Source: Candidatus Bathyarchaeia archaeon (GTDB taxonomy: Archaea > Thermoproteota > Bathyarchaeia > 40CM-2-53-6). Taken from it: a DNA stretch of 64,000 nt. How positions within the stretch are numbered: position 1 is the stretch's first letter; each line of letters begins with the position of its first letter. A program made the translations under genes and the position numbers. The DNA lies in the NCBI GenBank assembly GCA_050013255.1, contig JBEKFP010000001.1:288001-352000 (forward strand), read 5' to 3'. Below the pieces are notes generated by a model, which saw only the letters and a program-made list of their open reading frames with translations, ran no database searches and was not told the origin of the DNA. Below, one piece after another: positions 18,127 through 26,991 of the stretch.

Positions 18127-18918
18127 TTAGGTGATTCTTATTGTGCCGTCTCCAGTGAACCAAAACGGCGGACTGTAAACAGAATCAAGGGGGTCCCTCG
18201 ATTCCAAACTGCTGAAGGGCGCGACAGTATTGTATACGGAAGTGAATACGGTATTGCCCCTTGCCAGGTAGTAGAACATAGCGCCGGTCAGATCGTCGAT
18301 TTGTCCGAAAGCGAGGGTGATGCTTCCATTGCAAGAGATTACAGCCTTAACGCCTGCTTTGATGAAATAGCTGGCAATGAGGACAGAATTTGATGAAATC
18401 AACACTACCAATTTGACGTTCTTGAGAGAGTCCGCCTGCAAGTGCTCGCTCAGGAATTGGATACTAATGCCGAGGACTCCAGCATTCCCATTAACTCGCC
18501 CCAAGTCGAAGTCATCCGCGTATTTCCGTTCGGCAGCTAGATTGACGGTCTGTCCGACGTACCAGTAAGTTGTGTGTGCGAATGAATACGTATTCGTGCG
18601 CCAGACGATCACATCGTAGTTGTTCAGTTGAGTCGTGATGAAGTCAAGTGTCACAGCAGAGTTGGAAAGGAAACTCACTTGAAACCCGGCGTGAGCTAAA
18701 TCGTATTTGAGTGTCGTGGCATAGTAGCCCATTGGGGCTAGTGCCTCGAGCGAAGAAAGGATCACAGCCTTGCGCTGCGGTTGGGCCTGAACCGGCGCAA
18801 TCGCCACCAACGCCAATGAAACTAGGGCTAATATGAACGCAGCAAGTAACTTTCGTTGCAAATTCGTACACCTACGCGGCCACGAAGGATTCTGTGAGAT
18901 AAAGGGTGTCTTAGCCAA
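18127..18918 (-). CDS. Secreted hypothetical protein
   Basis: Signal peptide (RKLLAAFILALVSLALVAIAPVQA); alpha/beta-like body; start uncertain. Confidence 0.7.
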   Translation of the reverse strand: MAKTPFISQNPSWPRRCTNLQRKLLAAFILALVSLALVAIAPVQAQPQRKAVILSSLEALAPMGYYATTLKYDLAHAGFQVSFLSNSAVTLDFITTQLNNYDVIVWRTNTYSFAHTTYWYVGQTVNLAAERKYADDFDLGRVNGNAGVLGISIQFLSEHLQADSLKNVKLVVLISSNSVLIASYFIKAGVKAVISCNGSITLAFGQIDDLTGAMFYYLARGNTVFTSVYNTVAPFSSLESRDPLDSVYSPPFWFTGDGTIRIT

Positions 18919-19109
18919 CTGACAAATGCAAGTAAAAGACTCACCACAATTCTATCCGGAGTTACTTCTAGGATGCAACAAGGCCATGGACGCGAGTACG
19001 ACAATGTGTTCAGTTTGCCATGCGCTTTCCAGTCATTTCTCATTGCAAGGCCGTCAGCGCGGCAAGAATGGTTTCCTGCTGTTATCGTCTCTTGAGATAA
19101 ATGTGAGAT

Positions 19110-19304
19110 TCACTTACTGAAGCGAATAAGCAAGAGTCCGATTACTACTAGGATGCTTCCGCGGAAAATCGTGTCCCATGCGAGGTTGAATGGGCCAAAA
19201 CGCCAGTAAGCTGCCCCGTAAGCGTTGCCTAAGTAGACTCCGCCAAAAGTGCAAATCAAACCGCCGAGATATTTCATGAATTTCGAGACCAACACCATCG
19301 CCAT
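19110..19304 (-). CDS. Small two-TM membrane protein
   Basis: Two hydrophobic segments; GGAG SD-like sequence upstream. Confidence 0.55.
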   Translation of the reverse strand: MAMVLVSKFMKYLGGLICTFGGVYLGNAYGAAYWRFGPFNLAWDTIFRGSILVVIGLLLIRFSK

Positions 19305-19407
19305 ACTAGGGAGACATGGCGCTTTGGATTATGGTTAATGGGTTTCCATCCATTGAACTGAAACATTAATATACATAAAATGGTACACTAGTGTTTCGGC
19401 GCCCGAC

Positions 19408-20181
19408 ATGTCCCACGCTTTCAGACCGCAACCCCCTACCGCGGACATCGAGACTAGGTCGGCGACTTTCCCAGCACTCATCCAACTTCCCCAGCCACTG
19501 CTGGACTACAGCATCATCATTGCCATCATCAAGGGAGACGTCGGGGCAGTTAACATACTCAAAGACGCGATGAGCATTTCAAAAGACCTGCACATCGACA
19601 ACCTCCTCCTCGCATTAGGACCCACTACACCTCTATCCCTCCAACCACCCCCAGGATCAAGGATACTTTGGGCAACCTTCACGGACGGCCAAAACCTCCT
19701 CAACGGCCCCCGACTCACAATAGTGCCACCAAACCACCTAACAGACCTAAGCCTGAACCTTGAAAAACTCTCAAAGACAAGAACCGGCCGCATACCACTA
19801 ATCATCGGGGACTTCCTCGACAACGTGCTTTCCGTTTCATCCGCTCCAGCAGGACTCTACTCCTTCCTTTGCAAACTCTTCACGAGAATTCGAACAAACG
19901 GGCAGACCGCGTTCTTCCTAGCGACAGAAGACATGCACGACTCAAAGAAAACTGCGATACTCAAAAGATTCGCTGACGTTGTCATAGAGTACCGGGCAAT
20001 ACAAGAAATCGCCAACTACCGGCTTGAGGCTCGAATCCTCGACCACGCACAAAACCATTACAGCATATGGGACAGCAGCGAAAGCCCGGATTCAGAATAT
20101 GAAAACCAACCTTTTCCAAGCAACCAGCTCCCTAAGATCGGGCGCCAACCAAACCTCCTCCGAGAGCCCATCCCGGCTTGA
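19408..20181 (+). CDS. Degenerate KaiC/RAD55-like (DUF835-type) P-loop domain protein
   Basis: LTDLSLNL, IIGDFLD and EDMHD...KRFADVVIEY motifs; no Walker A. Confidence 0.65.
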   Translation: MSHAFRPQPPTADIETRSATFPALIQLPQPLLDYSIIIAIIKGDVGAVNILKDAMSISKDLHIDNLLLALGPTTPLSLQPPPGSRILWATFTDGQNLLNGPRLTIVPPNHLTDLSLNLEKLSKTRTGRIPLIIGDFLDNVLSVSSAPAGLYSFLCKLFTRIRTNGQTAFFLATEDMHDSKKTAILKRFADVVIEYRAIQEIANYRLEARILDHAQNHYSIWDSSESPDSEYENQPFPSNQLPKIGRQPNLLREPIPA

Positions 20182-20212
20182 ATGCGAAGCTTCAGGAAAG
20201 CCATTTGGCCAG

Positions 20213-21949
20213 TCACGCGGTTCTTATCGAGGCTGCTTCTTCCAACCCTAGTTCCTTAGTCGAAATCTCTCGCATCTTGAATTTTTGGACCTTCCCGGTA
20301 ATCGTCATTGGAAACGTTTCTGTGAACTTGAAGTAGGCTGGAACCTTGAAGTAGGCAATTCTAGTTTTGCAGAATTCCTGTAATTCCTCAGCGGTGGCTG
20401 TCTCGCCCGGTCTCAGTTTAACCCAAGCCATAACCTCTTCTCCGTACTTTCGGCTGGGAACACCGATAACCTGCACGTCAGAAATCTTAGGATGTGTGTA
20501 GAGGAAATCTTCCACCTCCCTTGGGAAAACCTTCTCTCCACCCCGGCTGATCATGTCCTTCGTGCGCCCAACTATGTTCACATAACCATTCGGCTGCATG
20601 ACCGCGAGATCCCCTGTATGCATCCACCCTTCCTGGTCAATGGCTTCCCGCGTAGCTTCCGGGTTGCTCCAGTACTTGAGCATCACAAGGTAACCGCGTA
20701 CGCAAAGCTCACCAGCTGTCCCACATGGGAGGGTGCGGTTGGTTAGTGGTTCGATGATCTTTGCTTCCACATGTGGAAGTGGACGGCCGACGGTTGATAC
20801 TCGAAGCTCTAAGGAATCGTCGAGTCGGGTTTGAAATGAGACGGGGGAGGTTTCCGTCATTCCATAACAAATTGTGATCTCACGTATGCCCATGTTCGAG
20901 ATGACTTTCTTCATGACCTCGACCGGGCATGGGGAACCCGCCATGACACCTGTTCTCAGGCTTGACAAGTCGAATTGGTTGAAGTTGGGATCGTTCAGTT
21001 CGGCGACAAACATTGTTGGTACGCCATGAAGCGCCGTACACCTTTCTTCCTCCACGGTTCGGAGCACGGCTTCCGAGCTGAAAGCATCAGACGGAAGAAC
21101 CATGGTGGCACCATGGGTTACGCACGCGAGGTTTCCTAACACCATGCCGAAACAATGGTAGAAGGGGACTGGGATGCATAGTCTGTCGTGGTGGGTGAAT
21201 TTCATTTCTTCGCCAACGAAGAAACCGTTATTCAAAATGCCGTGATGAGTTAGGGTCGCACCTTTCGGAAAACCGGTAGTTCCCGAAGTATATTGAATGT
21301 TGATGGCATCATAGCACTCAAGCATCCTTTCTCTTTCCTTGAGTTCCATTGGGGAGGAGTTCATTGTTCCGATTTCTAGAAAACGTTCCCAGGGAAGCAT
21401 TGAAGATGGAGAAGGCTCACCCCCATTGCTGAGTGTTACGATTCGACGTAGTGCCGGGACACGAGCCGCCTTGATTTCTTGGCCAGCCCCTATCTTCGGG
21501 AGTTTTCTAATTTCAGGTGCCAGTTCTGTTATCATCCAATGGTAATCCGAGGTTTTGAATTGCTTGGCCGTTATGAGGAGACTTATCCCGGATTGGTTCA
21601 GCGCATACTCCAACTCTTGAACTCGGTATGCGGGGTTGACGTTGACTAGGATCGCCCCAACCTTTGCAGTAGCGAATTGGGTTAGGATCCATTCCGCATT
21701 ATTTGGCGACCAGATACCCACACGGTCTCCCTTCCGTACGCCGAAACCAAGAAGCGCTACGGCGAACTCATCCACCCGCTCCTTCAGTTGGGCGTAGGTC
21801 ATTCTCAGGCCCTGATGCCTAGAAACGAGCGCTTCTGCATCCCCATGCCTCGAAACGACCCCGTCGAAGAACCCCCCAACTGTCTTTTCGATTAGAGATT
21901 TCTCTGTTGGGCCTTGTTCGTAGCTTGGGTCGGGCCCTTTTTCCTTCAT
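20213..21949 (-). CDS. AMP-binding acyl-CoA synthetase (ACSF2-like)
   Basis: QYTSGTTGFPKG, YGMTETSP, HTGD, GGEKVFPREVE and TGKVQK motifs. Confidence 0.93.
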   Translation of the reverse strand: MKEKGPDPSYEQGPTEKSLIEKTVGGFFDGVVSRHGDAEALVSRHQGLRMTYAQLKERVDEFAVALLGFGVRKGDRVGIWSPNNAEWILTQFATAKVGAILVNVNPAYRVQELEYALNQSGISLLITAKQFKTSDYHWMITELAPEIRKLPKIGAGQEIKAARVPALRRIVTLSNGGEPSPSSMLPWERFLEIGTMNSSPMELKERERMLECYDAINIQYTSGTTGFPKGATLTHHGILNNGFFVGEEMKFTHHDRLCIPVPFYHCFGMVLGNLACVTHGATMVLPSDAFSSEAVLRTVEEERCTALHGVPTMFVAELNDPNFNQFDLSSLRTGVMAGSPCPVEVMKKVISNMGIREITICYGMTETSPVSFQTRLDDSLELRVSTVGRPLPHVEAKIIEPLTNRTLPCGTAGELCVRGYLVMLKYWSNPEATREAIDQEGWMHTGDLAVMQPNGYVNIVGRTKDMISRGGEKVFPREVEDFLYTHPKISDVQVIGVPSRKYGEEVMAWVKLRPGETATAEELQEFCKTRIAYFKVPAYFKFTETFPMTITGKVQKFKMREISTKELGLEEAASIRTA

Positions 21950-22024
21950 TTGCGTTCGCGTGCCGATTGGGGCTTGGTGTGGAAGAATAATTCTTAGTAC
22001 CTTTACTAATTATGGTAAGATGCA

Positions 22025-22174
22025 TGGCGGGCCCGCGGGGATTTGAACCCCGGACTTCTGTACCAGTGCTGGGCTGGTTCTACAGCTTTTTCCGGGTGTT
22101 CCTTAGGGGGTTCGGCAACAAATTCCGCTTTCTCAGCGGAGCCTGCCGCTCTATCCAACCTGAGCTACGGGCCC
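22025..22174 (-). tRNA. tRNA-Arg(CCT) with three introns (30/31, 37/38, 45/46) and genomic C33
   Basis: A20 in the D-loop. Removing 22111-22142, 22088-22103 and 22056-22079 gives GCAGC-CCCCTAA-GCTGT-AGGTC, 78 nt. Confidence 0.8.
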
Positions 22175-22264
22175 AAGGGGGGAACGGGGCGGGTAAAGTA
22201 AAAGGATTAAGGCGCAGCAATTCGAAGAAGTTTAAAGAACCAACCGGATTTCCTTTGTCTCTGT

Positions 22265-22426
22265 GCGGGGATACCCGAGCCAGGTCAAAGGGGCAGGACC
22301 ACCCGGCGTGGTGGGGCCACACTTAAGATCAGAACTTGCCTTGGGTGACGAGAAGACATCCTGTGGCGTAGAGCCAGCGGATGGGCGCGTAAGCCTTCAG
22401 GGGTTCGAATCCCCTTCCCCGCACCA
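22265..22426 (+). tRNA. tRNA-Leu(TAA) with three introns (30/31, 37/38, variable arm)
   Basis: Removing 22298-22320, 22328-22357 and 22372-22392 gives an 88-nt class II tRNA: CAGGA-CTTAAGA-TCCTG, V-arm GGC-GTAG-GCC. Confidence 0.9.
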
Positions 22427-22464
22427 CCCACCTACAAGTATAACGTATGTGAGTCGTGTAATGG

Positions 22465-22704
22465 TTACCTGATTTTTCGGGTAAGCAGTAGGCTGAATGA
22501 AATGGAAAGCAGCAGTATGACTCCTAACATTATCGCAACCAACTTCCCCAATGACAAGACCGTCAACACCAAGACCCCTACGATTAAGAGAAGAACGAGG
22601 TTGAACCTGACTCCCCCAACGTTTCTTAACTTGACGACTGAAGCAACCAAACCCACAACCACAAGTAACACAAACAGGTCTACGAGAAGACTGAGCAAAC
22701 TCAT
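22465..22704 (-). CDS. Small hydrophobic membrane protein (about 3 TM)
   Basis: Almost entirely hydrophobic, with a basic C-terminus. Confidence 0.6.
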   Translation of the reverse strand: MSLLSLLVDLFVLLVVVGLVASVVKLRNVGGVRFNLVLLLIVGVLVLTVLSLGKLVAIMLGVILLLSISFSLLLTRKIR

Positions 22705-23038
22705 TCAGGCCGCCTCTACAAAATAGCGGGTTGTGAGGTAAGGTTCATCCGCGGAAAGGAAAAAACCACCAAGAGAAATGGAAGAATTAGAGTCCGCATT
22801 CAACCAATCCAAAGCCAATATTCAGTATCAGTCCGACCTAGACTTAATTGATTCTTGAATACAAGGTAATCGGGGCCGTAGTTCAATCAGCGAATCCGCA
22901 GGGCAATCTTGCACTGCACGATGATGTCGCGAAGAAAGGTGCGGAGGATGGGTTTGTAAGCCCCAAGGTCTCGGTGAATATTATGAGAAATGTTAGGTGT
23001 GAAAGTTAGGTTGATGGTATTGCCGATGTCTGTCTGAG

Positions 23039-23515
23039 CTAGTAAACGTTGTAGTACCATATGACTCGAACGTAGATGTCGCCGAAGAAAAATAGTGGCG
23101 GTACCCATTGATCAGCCTGGAATGCTGATGGGGTTACGAATAACCCGGAGACTACTACGCTTGACCCAGCTAAGCTCGCTGGAACTCGCACTTTGTCTGA
23201 GAGTATCATCCGATAGTTGCGCCCGTTAACTATAACGTAGAAAATTTGCGTCTCCGGGTTTGAACAAGGATTGACTGCCAGACTGCATGTTGGTGCCAAA
23301 GTCAAAACCTTTAGCGTCCCTAGCACGGTCACGTTCTCGTGAATTGGTTGGATTCCACCTCCCACTCCGACAGATGGTGGGGGTGCGGCCAAGATGTGAG
23401 GTTTAACCATCGAATTGTTGGGAACTACAGAATTGTAAGAGTAAACGGCAGCCATTACCAGGAAAGCAACCGCGACTAACGATATGGCGGACTTTACGTG
23501 CTTTCGATTTTTCAC
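23039..23515 (-). CDS. Membrane-anchored/secreted hypothetical protein
   Basis: Basic N-terminus plus TM, Pro-rich linker, OB-like beta region with a Cys pair. Confidence 0.65.
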   Translation of the reverse strand: MKNRKHVKSAISLVAVAFLVMAAVYSYNSVVPNNSMVKPHILAAPPPSVGVGGGIQPIHENVTVLGTLKVLTLAPTCSLAVNPCSNPETQIFYVIVNGRNYRMILSDKVRVPASLAGSSVVVSGLFVTPSAFQADQWVPPLFFFGDIYVRVIWYYNVY

Positions 23516-23899
23516 ATCAACCAGCCGCTAGAGTGACATCTACCATGGTGCAAAGCTGGGAAACCTAAAGGAACTCTTGACTAAACGTATCAAATCTCAA
23601 AACCCACCCGTAATCAAATTGATAATAACTAGCTACCTTATCTCGGAAAGTGCGACAGAATAAACTGCAACCTAATGGAACCACCTAATGGGAAGAGGGA
23701 TAATTCTAGCTGTCTAGGATTATATCCCAGTTCCCATTGCGTCACGTTGAAGCTTCCGAACACACCGCGGGTTCTCCCCTCAGGCTTCGCACGCCCTTAG
23801 GTGTAAGGAACCGGCGTAGGCCCTGACATTTTTCAATAGACTGTTGGCTTATTATACGACCATCCAAAGCCTTCCCTACTGCACGGAAGTGAAAATCTG

Positions 23900-25057
23900 T
23901 TGGCGAAGAAGTTCAAACGGATTGACACCAAACTCATCCATGCTGGCGAACCCGAACCACGCATTATGGGCGCGGTTAGCATGCCGATATTTCAGTCGGC
24001 AATGTTTGAATATTCTGGCGAGACAAGCTACCACGACCTCAAATACATTCGCTTGAACAACACCCCAAACCATACGGCGCTCCACGAAAAGTTGGCAGCC
24101 CTCGAAAACGCTGAAACCGCATTGGTCACAGCCAGCGGGATGGCAGCCATCTCAACGACCTTACTGTCGATTCTCTCCACAGGCGACCATTTGCTTTCCC
24201 AAAACTGCCTATACGGAGGAACACACGATTTTGTAACGAAGGATTTCCGCACATTCGGCATATCTTACGATTTCATTGACGCTAACGACCCAGAGTCGTG
24301 GAAGAAAAAGCTGCGGCCAAATACCAAGGCAATTTACGTAGAAACGATAACAAACCCTACGATGCAGGTTGCCGACCACAAGGCGATCGTCAAATTTGCA
24401 AAAGCTAACGGGCTGGTAACGCTAATCGACAACACCTTCGCGAGCCCGATCAACTTCCGTCCAACAGAATGGGGCTTCGACCTATCCCTGCACAGTTGTA
24501 CAAAGTATCTGAACGGCCATTCCGACATCGTTGCCGGCGCGGTCATAGGCCGCGCAGAATTGGTTGAGAAGGTCAAGCATAAGCTCGATCATCTAGGCGG
24601 TTCGCTCGACCCTCACGCCTGCTTTCTACTCCATAGAGGAATCAAAACGCTTGGAGTTAGGGTCAGGTACCAGAACGAGAGCGCAATCAAGATCGCAAAA
24701 TTCCTGTATGAACATCCGGCTGTCGAGAAAGTCAACTACCCAGGCCTCGAAACACACCCGCAGTACTCGAGAGCAAGAGAACTCTTTGACGGTTTCGGAG
24801 GTATGTTAAGCTTCGAACTCAAGGGCGGGGTTGCGGCAGCGCGCCGCTTCATGGGTCACACGACGCTACCCGTAATAGCGCCCAGCCTTGGAGGCGTAGA
24901 AACCTTACTCACCCTACCAGCCACTACATCACACTCCGGAATGTCCGCAGAAGACCGAAAGGCACTTGGCATCTCAGACGGGCTCATCCGCATGTCAGTT
25001 GGAATAGAAGCAACCGAAGACATAATCGAGGATTTCCAACAGGCTCTCGGTAACTAG
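23900..25057 (+). CDS. PLP-dependent trans-sulfuration enzyme (cystathionine gamma-lyase/synthase or methionine gamma-lyase)
   Basis: ASGMAAI, YGGT, DNTFASP, HSCTKYLNGHSD and SLGGVET motifs. Confidence 0.93.
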   Translation: MAKKFKRIDTKLIHAGEPEPRIMGAVSMPIFQSAMFEYSGETSYHDLKYIRLNNTPNHTALHEKLAALENAETALVTASGMAAISTTLLSILSTGDHLLSQNCLYGGTHDFVTKDFRTFGISYDFIDANDPESWKKKLRPNTKAIYVETITNPTMQVADHKAIVKFAKANGLVTLIDNTFASPINFRPTEWGFDLSLHSCTKYLNGHSDIVAGAVIGRAELVEKVKHKLDHLGGSLDPHACFLLHRGIKTLGVRVRYQNESAIKIAKFLYEHPAVEKVNYPGLETHPQYSRARELFDGFGGMLSFELKGGVAAARRFMGHTTLPVIAPSLGGVETLLTLPATTSHSGMSAEDRKALGISDGLIRMSVGIEATEDIIEDFQQALGN

Positions 25058-25109
25058 GAACTAGACGTTAAAATGCCCGTCGTCCGAATTCATTTCTCTC
25101 GAGATCAAT

Positions 25110-25910
25110 TTGACAACAAGTAGGACGAATGAAAGAAGAACCGCTCTAATTACGGGCGCGTCTAGCGGGATCGGCTTGGAACTCACCAAGCTCTTCGCCC
25201 GGGACGGGTACAACCTAGTGGTTGTAGCGAGAAATCACGAGGCTCTAACCCAACTTGGAAATGACTTGGAAGAGAAAAACGGGGTTTCCGTGAAGGCCAT
25301 TGCGAAGGATCTTTCCTCCCCTTCGGCTCCACAGGAGATCTATGATGAACTCCAAAAGTTATCGGTGAAGGTTGACGTTCTCGTCAACTGCGCAGGCTTC
25401 GGATCATTAGGTCCCTTCTCAGACATGGATCTCCCCACGGAAATTAACATGATAGAAGTTAACATCGTGGCGTTGACGAAACTGACCAAACTTTTCCTGA
25501 AGGACATGCTGCTGAAGCGGCAGGGAGGAGTTTTGAATGTTGCATCCACAGCCGCCTTCCAACCAGGCCCTTTTATGGCGGTCTATTACGCAACGAAAGC
25601 TTACGTCTTATCCTTCTCTGAAGCTCTTGCTGAAGAAATCCGGGAGTCCGGAGTTGTCGTAACAGCCCTTTGCCCAGGACCCACGAGAACTGACTTTCAA
25701 AGCAAGTCTGGTACAGAGCAATCGAGGCTTTTCAGAAGCAGGGGGATTTTGGGTGCCGAGACGGTGGCGAGAGCCGGATATGAGGGTTTCAAGAACAAGG
25801 AGACAGTGATTATTCCGGGGTTCATAAACAGGCTGCGCGCCCTGGACGTGAGATTAGCTCCAAGGGACTGGGTAACAAAAGTTGCGCGAAGAATGAATGA
25901 AAAAGTGTAG
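25110..25910 (+). CDS. Short-chain dehydrogenase/reductase
   Basis: TGASSGIG and YYATK motifs. Confidence 0.93.
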   Translation: MTTSRTNERRTALITGASSGIGLELTKLFARDGYNLVVVARNHEALTQLGNDLEEKNGVSVKAIAKDLSSPSAPQEIYDELQKLSVKVDVLVNCAGFGSLGPFSDMDLPTEINMIEVNIVALTKLTKLFLKDMLLKRQGGVLNVASTAAFQPGPFMAVYYATKAYVLSFSEALAEEIRESGVVVTALCPGPTRTDFQSKSGTEQSRLFRSRGILGAETVARAGYEGFKNKETVIIPGFINRLRALDVRLAPRDWVTKVARRMNEKV

Positions 25911-25913
25911 CGC

Positions 25914-26321
25914 TCACTGAGAATCTTCATGGACGCTGTCAGGCACTATCTCATGCAGAAGTCGGTCTCCGTGGCTGTTGAAAACTCCGATGTCACTGTA
26001 CGTTTGGAAGGGGTAAGCTATGATTACCATAATTCTTCCGTAGAAGTGGTTTATGTCATGCATTGAAGGCTGATTAGAACCGGAAGGGTGCGAATGCGAA
26101 ACGCCCATTATGCTTAGGTCCATTGGTAGCATTGTGCTCGAGAAGCTGGAAAAACCACGCCCATGCGTCGCGAGAGGCGGAATCAAAACTTCGTTGATCA
26201 ACATCCCGTCTTTGCCCGCTTTACCGCGAAGTAGAAGGATTGCCTCCTTCGGGTACGCGTCTATTGCATAGCTGAGAAGGCTGTCCGCAACAGACTTCTC
26301 GAATCGAACGAGGCTAATCAT
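25914..26321 (-). CDS. JAMM/MPN+ metalloprotease
   Basis: YPKE...SHSHPSG..PSMHD motif; probable start ATG 26321. Confidence 0.88.
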   Translation of the reverse strand: MISLVRFEKSVADSLLSYAIDAYPKEAILLLRGKAGKDGMLINEVLIPPLATHGRGFSSFSSTMLPMDLSIMGVSHSHPSGSNQPSMHDINHFYGRIMVIIAYPFQTYSDIGVFNSHGDRLLHEIVPDSVHEDSQ

Positions 26322-26613
26322 TGCAAGGGGAACCTGTCCTAACAGTTGCTTCGAGACTTGATTACGCTTGCTGTTGTGCAAGTTGGACTGCGAAGTATGC
26401 CAGGAGGCCAAGGTAAAGCGCAAGCTCCAATGTGTCAGGTAACAAGTAACTGAACGACCTCGCGTTAGTAGCTACCCACTCCACTATGTTGCCAAACTTA
26501 TGGCGACTGCTGGTTAATGAACTACGCCCCGTAGTTGATATTGTCTTCGAAGGAATATATAACAAGGCTGGATAAATCATCCTCAGTGTCCATCAAAGAG
26601 ATGAGACGGTATC

Positions 26614-26826
26614 TTGAGTCAGAAGAGGCGCGTGTCGGCTCTTGCCTACGTGTTGACCGCTGTGGGTATATTGGGAATCGTTATTTCTCTTGTCATAGAA
26701 CAATCCGATTACGACCCAGTTGCGTTTGGAATCGCCACCATTTCGATTCTGATAGCGATAGCAGGCCTCGCCCTTGCCTTCAAAGTTCCAGCTGGCATTG
26801 ACCAGCCGAAAGAAGGCGCTCCTTAA
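26614..26826 (+). CDS. Small two-TM membrane protein
   Basis: Two hydrophobic helices. Confidence 0.6.
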   Translation: MSQKRRVSALAYVLTAVGILGIVISLVIEQSDYDPVAFGIATISILIAIAGLALAFKVPAGIDQPKEGAP

Positions 26827-26991
26827 GGGAATCCAACAATCGCTCTGCCCTCGTCCCCTGCACTAAACCAGTCAAGGCAAGGCCATTCCGGACACCCTCA
26901 ACCGCAGAGTCCATCTCTGTTATGGTGAATATTTGAGGTTGTGAAGAGTTTTTTTGAGAGGATGAGTTTGGCGTAGGTTCGTGTCGAGACC

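Noticed and set aside
22130-22150. Alternative anticodon CCG (GCAGG-CT-CCG) for the Arg tRNA
   Set aside because: It gives a G31-G39 mismatch and no BHB, whereas the CGGC/GCCG helix supports a 30/31 intron and CCT.
3268-22426. Split (trans-spliced) or permuted tRNAs
   Set aside because: Each gene assembles in cis and in normal order into a full cloverleaf.
22012-22472. ORFs 22012-22326, 22080-22322 and 22263-22472
   Set aside because: They overlap the divergent tRNA-Arg and tRNA-Leu genes.
25914-26321. JAMM protease as part of a CBASS or ubiquitin-like operon
   Set aside because: No E1/E2, Ubl or cyclase neighbours; it looks like the ordinary stand-alone archaeal JAMM.
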